Of a stretch of 40,817 bases of DNA, positions 23,553-33,375 are shown piece after piece. Location: NCBI GenBank assembly GCA_002269645.1, contig NIVC01001324.1, forward strand, positions 1-40,817. The letters are read 5' to 3'. The position numbers were made by a program, and so were the translations under genes. The stretch comes from Macrostomum lignano (lineage: Eukaryota). Each line of letters starts with the position of its first letter. Position 1 is the first letter of the stretch. The notes under the pieces are model-generated. The model saw only the letters and a list, made by a program, of their open reading frames with translations, was not told the origin of the DNA and searched no databases.

Positions 23553-23669
23553 TCAAAAATAAACACTTTGGCGTGGCTCTCGAATTGGATATTCTTGATC
23601 GTGACGCCGCCGCGACCGACAATTTTGCCGACGTGTGCCGGGTCGAGCAGCATGCGCAGAGTGGACGGC
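23553..23669 (-). CDS. KH domain 2 exon (hnRNP K/PCBP-like)
   Basis: Encodes LRMLLDPAHVGKIVGRGGVTIKNIQFESHAKVFIFE, a type I KH with an intact GxxG loop. Acceptor CACTCCAG (23671-70; alternative at 23731-30) and donor GA|GTGAGT (23552). Confidence 0.85.
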   Translation of the reverse strand, partial: AVHSAHAARPGTRRQNCRSRRRHDQEYPIREPRQSVYF

Positions 23670-23769
23670 CTGGAGTGGGGAATAGAGGCACTTGTTAGAG
23701 AATTATGGCATAGCAATGCAAACTTTGTTCTAGAAAGTATGAAGAAAAAATAATAATATTTTAGCACAC

Positions 23770-23855
23770 CTGTCGGAGTTACCGCTGCACATGTTTTTCA
23801 ACAGGCGCCTGCAAGCAGCCGAGCAGGTCTCAGTGTCGCCGAACAGCTGGAGAAT
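23770..23855 (-). CDS. KH domain 1, second half (small exon)
   Basis: Acceptor CTCTACGCAG, then ILQLFGDTETCSAACRRLL (beta3-alpha3 of a KH). The phase-2 donor AG|GTGTGC joins in frame to the KH2 exon. Confidence 0.7.
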
Positions 23856-23967
23856 CTGCGTAGAGACAAGTGAGACAAAGTGAGTCATTTATGGGAAGAC
23901 TGTCTGTGCTTGCTTTCATATCCACAGGAACCCGAAAAAAACTAAATTAAAAAATCAACATTTTTGA

Positions 23968-24270
23968 GCGGTCATGAGGGGAGAGAAACGCTGGCCTGGC
24001 CTGATGCAAAATGTCACACGAGCGCGCACTGCGTAGCTACAGTGGGGCATAAAAAACTACACCGCATCTATGTAGGTTAGAAATCCTATACTGAACACCA
24101 AGGTTTAACAGGCGACAAGATGTCATGGACACCAATATTTGACAGGCGACAAGATGTCATGGACACCAATATTTAACAGGCGACAAGATGTCATGGACAC
24201 CAATATTTAACAGGCGACAAGATGTCATGGACACCAATATTTAACAGGCGACAAGATATCCTGGACACTA
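23968..24270. mobile_element. Dispersed element copy 1: about 140-bp unique head plus about 5 units of a 33/34-bp minisatellite, in intron 1 of the KH gene
   Basis: GAGCGGTCATGAGGGGAGAGA...GCACTGCGTAGCTACA...CACCAAGGTTTAACAGGCGACAAGATGTC is nearly identical to the sequence from 25297 onward. Confidence 0.8.
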
Positions 24271-24424
24271 AAATTTATTGTACGACAGAAAGGATTTCGG
24301 ATGAATATTCACTGTCCCAAAGAGCGTTCCAAACACAACTAACAGATGTTACGATCAGTATGACAAAAATATCACATTAGGTCGACTTATTTCACACAAA
24401 CATGAACGGTGCAGCGTTACACAC

Positions 24425-24643
24425 GAATTTGGCAGGATTCGCTGAATCAGATTCTTGCAACTGATCGTGAATAATGAGAAATTTGGCGCGAATCTCTGCG
24501 CTACCACTGTTGAAATTTGACGCCCGCATTGCCAGTACATGCGCCTGCGCCGCGGTCAAGGCCAGGCGCAGAGGATATGGCTCAGTAGAATTCATTCCTA
24601 GCGATGAGCCTGAAGCATGCATTTGAGTCAGTAGAAAAGTCAT
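24425..24643 (-). CDS. KH domain 1, first half (degenerate GxxG); probable first coding exon
   Basis: Encodes YPLRLALTAAQAHVLAMRASNFNSGSAEIRAKFLII. The phase-0 donor TTC|GTGTGT at 24424 fits the next exon. The start could be 24643, 24622 or 24595. Confidence 0.5.
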
Positions 24644-25296
24644 GCTATAAATTAAGGATATTATATCACTAGCATTGACATTTCAAACTTTATTCTGTTG
24701 CATAGGTTCCAGTTTATAATTAAAAAGTAAACGCTTTTTTATAATTATCGTGCATGGAAGTTTATCAAAATACGAGCTAGCTATAAAATGTCTTTTTACC
24801 AAACAGTAGACCGTAGCTCAAAGCAGAAGCAGACTTGCTAGCAGTCAGAAACACGTGCAACAAGCTAAATTGAAGAGGTCAAAGTTTTGCCATTTTACCC
24901 CGCAAGCTCATCGATTTATATTTCGATTGTGTTACTGACTGATAGCTCGTATGCACAGGTGTTGCGACTTACAATATTAGGCCTTTAAATATTAGGACTA
25001 TAAACTTTTATGCTCGCAGCATATTGCCGAGTAACAACAGCCCGCCCCGCAGTGGAACCTGGCTTCGGAAATGCCAAAACGTAGCTTTACAAATGACCTG
25101 AATACGAGTATAACGCGATGCTTTGTGATGTTCATAACACCGGTTATCTTCTGCCTTCAGACAGCGGAGGAACAAACAACACCGGAGATGCTTTTATCTG
25201 ACGTCACATTCTAGATCTAAAACCAGCAGTGCCTCTTTGGGCTACAAGATCGTGTATATTTATAGTGCAGGAGGGGCCGTTGGCCATGGCGGCAGA

Positions 25297-26610
25297 GCGG
25301 TCATGAGGGGAGAGAGAAGCGCTGGTCTGGCCTGATGCAAAATGCCACACGAGCGCGCACTGCGTAGCTACATTAGGGGGCATAAAAAACTACACCGCAT
25401 CTATGTAGGTTAGAAATCCTATACTGAACACCAAGGTTTAACAGGCGACAAGATGTCATGGACACCGAGATTAACATGCGACAAGATGTCCTTGACACCA
25501 AGATTAACAGGCGACAAGATGTCCTGGACACCAAGATTAACATGCGACAAGATGTCTTGACACCAAGATTAACAGGCGACAAGATGTCCTGGACACCAAG
25601 ATTAACATGCGACAAGATGTCCTTGACACCAATATTAACAGGCGACAAGATGTCCTGGACACCAAGATTAACATGCGACAAGATGTCCTTGACACCAAGA
25701 TTAAGAGGCGACAAGATGTCTTGGACACCAATATTTAACAGGCGACAAGATGCCCTGGACAGCAATATTTAACAGGCGACAAGATGTTTTGGACACCAAT
25801 ATTAAACAGGCGACAAGATGTCTTGGACACCAATATTTAAGAGGCGACAAGATTTCTTGGACACCAAGACTAACAGGCGACAAGATGTCTTGGACACTAA
25901 TATTTAACAGGCGACAAGATGTCTTGGACATCAATATTTAACAGGCGACAAGATGTCTTGGACATCAAGATTAACAGGCGAAAAGATGTCTTGGACACCA
26001 AGATTAACAGGCGACAAGATGTCTTGGACACCAAGATTAACAGGCGACAAGATGTCTTGGACACCAAGATAAACATGCGACAAGATTTCCTTGACACCAA
26101 GATTAACAGGCGACAAGATGTCCTGGACACCAAGATTAACATGCGACAAGATGTCCTTGACACCAAGATTAACAGGCGACAAGATGTCCTGGACACCAAT
26201 ATTTAACAGGCGACAAGATGTCCTGACACCAAGACTAACAGGCGACAAGATGTCTTGGATATAAAGATTAACAGGCGACAAGATGTCTTGGACACCAAGA
26301 TTAACATGCGACAAGATGTCCTTGACACCAAGATTAACAGGCGAGAAGATGTCCTGGACACCAATATTTAACAGGCGACAAGATGTTTTGGACACCAATA
26401 TTAAACAGGCGACAAGATGTTTTGGACACTAATATTTAACAGGCGACAAGATTTCTTGGACACCAAGATTAACAGGCGACAAGATGTCCTGGACCCCATA
26501 TTTAACAGGCGACAAGATGTCATGGACACTAATATTTAACAGGCGACAAGATGTCATGGACACCAATATTTAACAGGCGACAAGACGTCCTGGACAACCA
26601 AGATTTAACA
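25297..26610. mobile_element. Dispersed element copy 2: same head plus about 35 units of the 33/34-bp minisatellite (AACAGGCGACAAGATGTCCTGGACACCAAGATT)
   Basis: Directly visible; the array spans 25438-26610 and accounts for the repetitive ORFs there. Confidence 0.85.
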
Positions 26611-27430
26611 GGAATCGTGTCCTGTGGTAATTTCTATAGCGGCTCAGTGCAAACTGGATTTCGGTTCAATTTTACGAGCTCAATAACCATCAAGCTAAAT
26701 ATTTTCAATCCCCCGATTAAAATTAGAAAATATAAAAAAAATATTTTGTTTTTGGTTTATGGGCGCTGGCTGGCCTGACAAATACTACTGCACTGCACTC
26801 TAATATTAGACTTTTGGTCGCAACAGTGGAAGCGAACAAAAAAGCAAAAGACAAGACAATAGCAAAAAGCTCAAAAAATTTTCACTAAAAGATGTAAATT
26901 CAAAACGGCTTGTATTTTTTCCGCAGAAAAGCTGACAAAAAACAAAGTAACATCGATGTAGAAACGAAAAAACAGAGGTTTGGGGAGTGAAAAAGGAAAG
27001 GGGAACTGATAATGCAACTATTAAAGACAAATGCAAACAATAAACAGACTATTCTAAACTTCTTGTAAACAATTATAGATATAATATTACTAGAAGCTGC
27101 TATTAAGACTGAATTGTGAAAAATTCTAATGTTCGGCAAACAAGGCCAACGCACAGAATAACGATATAAACCGACACTGATAGAAAAAGCACATCTTATC
27201 CGTAAATAAAGTCCAACAGCATAGAGGTCCAACAAACTGGAAGATGATTCAATTAACGCCTAACTGAACAAAACAAACTGCTTCGATAAAAAAGAAGCCA
27301 AATTTCTTTGTTTGTTTTGTTTATTACTCGTTTAAATCAAAATGTGGTTAACAAAGAAAAAGAACAAAACGAATTTGTTTAGTGTCTGATGCACTCCGAA
27401 CTATTGATTGAAACGTTTCCACTTCAATGT

Positions 27431-28006
27431 TCAATCATGCTGCTGCTGCTCATCCTGCAGAGGTTGCTGCTGCTGCTGTTGGCGAAGGCTACCAGCAGCC
27501 AGCTCAGCTTTCGCGGCCCAGTCGCGCAGCAGCTCGCAACTGCGACTTGGACGATCCAGCTCTCTATAAACAACATCGGCTAGAATGCGAGCAGCCGCGG
27601 CCAGAGCGTTGAGCAGGTCAGGCGAGGACACCGAACTCCAATCGATGCTACCAAAAACATCGGCGTCGCTATTACAAGTTGAACTAGCCGAGCTGGCGGA
27701 GTTGCTATTATTGCTATTGACAAGCTGACAGATAAGGCGGCCGGGGGCACCGCCAGAGCGGAGCACGGCTATGTAGACTTTCTCGGCCGAATTGAACGAC
27801 TGTTTATCGATTAGAACGCGACCAAGAGCGAAGCGCAGATTGCGAATAGTATCGGCGATGATCTGGAATCGATTTGGCTGAGTGCCAGACGGAGGCAGCA
27901 TTTGGCGGCACAGATCAAGCAGGATTCTAAGCAGGCCCTCTACTGATCGATTGTCCCGATCTTGAGTTGCTCTAATGCCAAGCTGGGGTTGAGCCCACAT
28001 GACGCT
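27431..28006 (-). CDS. TRIM-like protein, last exon (TPR-like helices, poly-Q tail)
   Basis: Phase-0 acceptor TTTTGCAG (28008-07). Helical-repeat-like FALGRVLIDKQSFNSAEKVYIAVL. Stop TGA at 27433-31. Confidence 0.75.
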   Translation of the reverse strand, partial: SVMWAQPQLGIRATQDRDNRSVEGLLRILLDLCRQMLPPSGTQPNRFQIIADTIRNLRFALGRVLIDKQSFNSAEKVYIAVLRSGGAPGRLICQLVNSNNSNSASSASSTCNSDADVFGSIDWSSVSSPDLLNALAAAARILADVVYRELDRPSRSCELLRDWAAKAELAAGSLRQQQQQQPLQDEQQQHD

Positions 28007-28136
28007 CTGCAAAATTCAGGAAAATATTTGGAAAGAATATTGCACCACTTTGCATACATCTGAATGTCTTCTTATTTGGATAGAAAATAATACTGAGTAT
28101 GAATAGCAGTCCACAAGAATTGGTGAGAAAGCATAA

Positions 28137-28498
28137 GGTACGAGAAAGTGGATAGCAGTCCTCCAAGGTGGACGAGAAAGTGGATAGCAGTCCTCCAAGG
28201 TGGACGAGAAAGTGGATAGCAGTCCTCCAAGGTGGACGAGAAAGTGGATAGCAGTCCTCCAAGGTGGACGAGAAAGTGGATAGCAGTCCTCCAAGGTGGA
28301 CGAGAAAGTGGATAGCAGTCCTCCAAGGTGGACGAGAAAGTGGATAGCAGTCCTCCAAGGTGGACGAGAAAGTGGATAGCAGTCCTCCAAGGTGGACGAG
28401 AAAGTGGATAGCAGTCCTCCAAGGTGGACGAGAAAGTGGATAGCAGTCCTCCAAGGTGGACGAGAAAGTGGATAGCAGTCCTCCAAGGTGGACGAGAA
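28137..28498. repeat. 32-bp minisatellite (ACGAGAAAGTGGATAGCAGTCCTCCAAGGTGG), about 11 near-perfect copies, in TRIM intron 2
   Basis: Directly visible; period 32. Confidence 0.97.
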
Positions 28499-28572
28499 GG
28501 CGTCAATACGGGAAGTGGTGGCAATAAAGACAGTACTTAGCTAGCAAGAACTCAGTCAGAAGAACAGCTTAC

Positions 28573-29754
28573 AAGCGAAATAATAGCGTTAAGCACGTCA
28601 TGGCACAATCGTTTAGCATCGCTAACGGAATCCGACTCAATTAGAGTTCTCAACACTGAGGCAACAATAGGCACAACTAGCAGGCCATTATAGAGGCCAA
28701 CTTCGCCAAATACGCGAAAAGCGTCGCACAAGAGGCGGGAGGCTTCTCTACTATCTCCATGGCAATGCAGGGCGTCGGCAAAGACGCAGAGCGTGTAGCC
28801 AAGCTCGCACCTGCCGGCGAGGTCAATGCTAGGATGCAGCAGATCCGCCGCTGATCGACTTATCTCAATGGCAATCTGGTGCCTGCCCTTGGCAATAAAT
28901 TCGCCGGCAATGGTGCGAAGCTTTCGGCCAGTTAGCAGTAAAACAGCCGCGTCCTTGCATTGAGGCGCCGGCGGGGGCACCGGCTGCGTCAGCTGGGCAG
29001 CCGCGTTGGCCACGGCTAGAGCTTCTGGCGGCATAGCGGGCGCCTTCGGCAGCATGTCAACAAGATCTTTGAGACAGTCCGCCGCGTCGTGAGCGGTAGG
29101 TATGGCACTCATCACCTGGGCCAAGCTATCCCCGTAGCCACTCGGCAGTTCGGGCATGTTAGTGCCACCGTCAACCTCTTCCAGGCGACGCCTGATGCCG
29201 TCAATGACGGTCGAATAGGTCGACAGTTCGACCGGATCGTTCAGATTGATGCCGTAGGTCCCGCTGCCAATTTTCTTGGCCTCCTTAGCAACGGAGATTA
29301 GCTCGGCAATTGATTCGCTACTCGCAACATTGTGCCAAGATTTGGCAAACAAATCAACCTTGGCCGCGATGTTGTTAACAACATTCTGCAAACTTTTCAC
29401 ACCATCGACAACGACCTGCCATTCCGATGCGCTCTGGATAAATAGGCGCGCTTCGCTTTTTCGCAGGCTGGCGTCGCATAGTAAATCGTCGGCCCTCTGC
29501 ATCAGGCTGCTGCGCAATAAGGAGACGTGATCGCTCATACAGATCTGGCACAGAGAGCGCCAGCAGTGACGGCACACCGTTGAATGGCGGCTACGACTAT
29601 CGCATTGGACGCAGGCGGCGGCAGCAGCGTCAGCTCCGGAGCTAGATCCAACGGTTGAACCAGCGACTGGGCCACCGACACCTGAAGCGGCAGCAGTCGA
29701 GCCAGCCGAGGATTCAGCGCCATCGGATTGAGCAGATTCGGTAGCTCGAACAAT
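28573..29754 (-). CDS. TRIM-like protein, exon 2 (Ser/Ala/Gly linker, B-box, coiled coil, TPR-like helices)
   Basis: Acceptor TATTTTAG (29756-55), phase 0, open through ORF 28552..29577. B-box1-like CVQC-x9-CRHC-x4-CQIC-x3-H. Donor CTT|GTAAGC at 28572. Confidence 0.85.
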
Positions 29755-30345
29755 CTAAAATACGATACGATGGTATTTCTGGGGTTCAATTTTGTTCGAA
29801 TAGAGTGACGCATATTGTCAGGATGAAATCTTGAGGTTTTTGTGATGATGATTTTCATACAAATGCCAAGATTCTGTGTTAGCTGTGTCCCACCTCTAAT
29901 TTTTTGCTCTAAATAAGCCGATGCTAACTAAATTCACTCAAATCTCAACTCACTCCATGTCTATGTCCGAAACCAAGCTAGTTGCAAATCTGCCTATTTC
30001 TAGCTGTCAAGCGTCTTCGAGTCCTTATCAAGTTTAGGGCGAGGAAGAGAGTAACACATTCATGGACCTGTGTACCTCGCTGCAATACTGGCCTTTCGTC
30101 AGCATGAGAAAGATGCAAGTATACCTGTGCACAGGTTTCTTCTGCTGGAAAATGGTCAACTTATTAACAAGTAGTGGATTGCTGCGATTCCACGAGACTG
30201 GAATGAAGTACAACCATCAAGTTTGATCTCAACTCAACATTTTCACGAGATTTTTCTGCGTTTTCGACCAAGGATGCTAATGTTTGAGGCTGTATGATGC
30301 TGTACCTTTGATCGCGATCTTCCGGAATGCTCCATCCTGCTTAAG

Positions 30346-30602
30346 CCCCGAATGCTCCATCCTACTTGAGTAAGACCATCCCGAATGCTCCTTCCTAATT
30401 GAGTAAGACCATCCCGAATGCTCCTTCCTAATTGAGTAAGACCATCCCGAATGCTCCTTCCTAATTGAGTAAGACCATCCCGAATGCTCCTTCCTAATTG
30501 AGTAAAACCATCCCGAATGCTCCTTCCTACTTGAGTAAAACCATCCCGAATGCTCCATCCTACTTAAGTAAGACCGTCCCGAATGCTCCTTTTTACTTGA
30601 GT
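30346..30602. repeat. 33-bp minisatellite (CCGAATGCTCCTTCCTAATTGAGTAAGACCATC), about 7-8 copies, in TRIM intron 1
   Basis: Directly visible; CCGAATG recurs at 30381, 30414 and 30447. Confidence 0.95.
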
Positions 30603-30895
30603 CTTGACGAGAGTCAAAAAATCACTTTAAAGACAAAGAAACTTCTAATTGAGGTCTACATTGACAGAGTCAGCTAGACCAAGACGGAACAAGGCAGGTT
30701 AAAAACCTTCAGACAGTCTGAATTTTGCGTCACGACCCCTGATTCGATTCCATGCGCGATCACATTAATTTGAGGCTCGATTCTCACCCACGAGGTATTG
30801 AAGGCCGACCCCTTAGACAGTTCAATTTTTTATTTTTATTATATGGAGTTATGACGATTTTGCTGTTGTCATAATCACGCCAAACTGTTACTAAC

Positions 30896-31108
30896 CAGGC
30901 TAGCAACGGCGAAATTGCGCGGCAGGCTGTCAACACAGACGGGGCTGGGCCCGGGACCGCGGCACATGGGACAAATCGGCTTATTCTGCACCCATTGACG
31001 AATGCAGTCCAAGCAAAACGAGTGGCCGCACGGCATAACGCGCGGGTCGCGGTAAAACTCGCGACAGATGTCGCAACGAAGCTCATCGTCCATGGATTTT
31101 TGTTCCAT
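30896..31108 (-). CDS. TRIM-like protein, exon 1 (C3HC4 RING finger)
   Basis: [24 protein letters not shown]-x10-CPMC followed by [10 protein letters not shown], typical of TRIM RING domains. Donor CTG|GTTAGT at 30895, phase 0. Confidence 0.92.
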
Positions 31109-31793
31109 ATTGAGTCTAGAATGTGCCACTAGAACTGAAAAAAGCAATTATCAAATTAGATATGAATTATTTGAGAGAAAAATAGTTTGTGCAAGAATAG
31201 GCTGTTTCTTTATTTGTTTTCTTCTATGTTCTATCTAGGGCTACAAATTTTATTTATTGAATAAAATTCAAATATGCAATTTTTTTCAATTAAAAAAGTA
31301 ATTTTTACAAAAAAATTAAAGTATCTTAATAATATCTTAAGTCTATATGAGTAAATTGAATTTAATTAAATAAATACTCTTGAGTTAAGTAAAAAAGTTT
31401 TAATGGAATATAAAGATGGTTAAAGGTTTTTTTATATATTATGGGTTTTTTAATAATAAAATATTAGCAAAATCCTTTTTGGCGCAAAGTTCTTTTTTAT
31501 TTGGTTTTAAAAAATTATTCCTAAATGTTTTCTTTTTGTTTTGATATATAAATTGTTATTTTTTTCTTGATTTTATTTATATTGATTGGAAAAGTAGATT
31601 GTTAACTATAAATATTATATTACAATTATATAAAAAATTGCAAATAATATTGGTTATAATTTATATAGTTTTATATAATTTCTACTAGATAACACTAAGT
31701 TTTTTATAGACTAAAATAAAATTATTGTATAGATTTTAAAATAGATTAAGAATAAGCTTGGTTATTAATTTCATTTCATGTCTTAGCTTATAT

Positions 31794-32469
31794 TAACCTA
31801 TTAGATACATGTATAATTAATCTAATAATCTTTCAAATCTTAGATTAGTCAACTAAACTTACAAATCCTAAGTCATGATAAAATGGCTTAACTGTAAATC
31901 CACTCTTATGCTTGTAATATTGGATTAAAATCTTCAAATTTTTGCCAATAGGGCCTATGTACTAGCTCTGCTTCTTATTGTTTGAGTTCATTTTCAATGT
32001 TATATATAATTTGAAAAAGATTGCCAATATAAGACACAACAGACTGTTAGTGTTTCATTTTTCATTATAAGTTTATCATACATGTGCAACACCTGGCCAA
32101 TCTGGCTGGCTGGCTGGCAAAGGGCCCAGCCAAAGTAAGTTGCAAAATGCCCACCCAAAATAGATGTACTAGTTAGATGACGAGGCATTTAGCCTAAATA
32201 ATACAGTCATTATTACTCTTGCCATTTACCTTAACTTACGACAACTTTTGCTTAGGTTTTTTCATAGGTAAGTCAGAAAAGTCACATTTGTGGTCTAAAA
32301 GTAAGTAGCACGGCCGGTGTAAAGCAAGGCTGTTGCGCATATATTGTATCAGTATAAGAGTGGATTTACAGTTTAGCTATGAGTATTTCACCATGGCTTA
32401 GGATATGTGAGTTTAGTTGATTAAAATCTGGGACTTGTTAGATTAATAACACATGCATCTAGTAGATTG
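31794..32469. mobile_element. Older foldback/MITE-like element with diverged inverted arms of about 130 bp
   Basis: AACTGTAAATCCACTCTTAT (31890-909) is the exact reverse complement of ATAAGAGTGGATTTACAGTT (32354-73). Similarity continues across 31794-31921 and 32341-32469. Confidence 0.6.
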
Positions 32470-32984
32470 ATCTGAGTATGTATACAGAAGAATAATCATA
32501 TTTACTTACTAAGATATATCAATATTGTATAAATAATAAAATACTATGATACATAATTAATAAATTTAACCAATGCCAATGACATCACTTTGAGCCAAGG
32601 GCATCCTTAATCTCTAAAAATATTGTTTTATAAAAAAGATAATTTTTTCCTTTATTGTATATAGCATCAATATATGTTTAGTCTAGAATCCAAAGTGTTT
32701 TGACAATTTATTTTTAGTATATAGACTAGCAATCTAGTGCCCCCTATAGGGCACCCAAAAAGCAAGGAGTAAAAATTTTTCATGCAAATCTATCCAAAGC
32801 ACATTTTCTTAAGAATCAATTCCTTCTTCAGTTTTATAAATCACCTTATCCAAGTAAAATTGTCACAGACAAAGATGTTTGTTATGAATCTCTTTTCTTT
32901 AATAGTACCAAAAAGACAATAAAATAAAAGCTTCCACAAAGATAACAGACATTCCCCTTAAATAGAAAACTTCCCTAAGATAGC

Positions 32985-33375
32985 AAGCATCCCACAGATA
33001 GCAAGCATCTTACAGATATCAAGCATCCCCTGATAGCAAGCATCCTAAAGTTAGCAAGCATTCTCCCAGATGTCTTAGCTAGTACAATGGCCCTTTCTAA
33101 GCTAGTGCAATAATCCTTGACTTATCAAGTGCAATAATCCTTGGTTTATTAAGTGAAATAATCATTGGTTTATCAAGTGCAATAATCCTTGGTTATCAAG
33201 TGCAATACTCCTTGGTTTATCAAGTGCAATAGTGCTTGGTTATCAAGTGCAATAATCCTTGGTTATCAAGTGCGATAATCCTTGGTTTATCAAGTGCAAT
33301 AGTCCTTGGTTTATCAAGTACAATAGTGCTTGGTTATCAAATGCAATAATCCTTGGTTTATCAAGTGCTTGGTTT
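32985..33375. repeat. Two adjacent minisatellites: GATAGCAAGCATCC-type (about 4 copies) and 23/24-bp TCAAGTGCAATAATCCTTGGTTTA (about 11 copies)
   Basis: Directly visible. Confidence 0.85.

Noticed and set aside
25373-26778. Multiple repetitive ORFs on both strands
   Set aside because: These are translations of the 33/34-bp minisatellite.
27972-28524. Three overlapping repetitive ORFs
   Set aside because: These are translations of the 32-bp intronic repeat.
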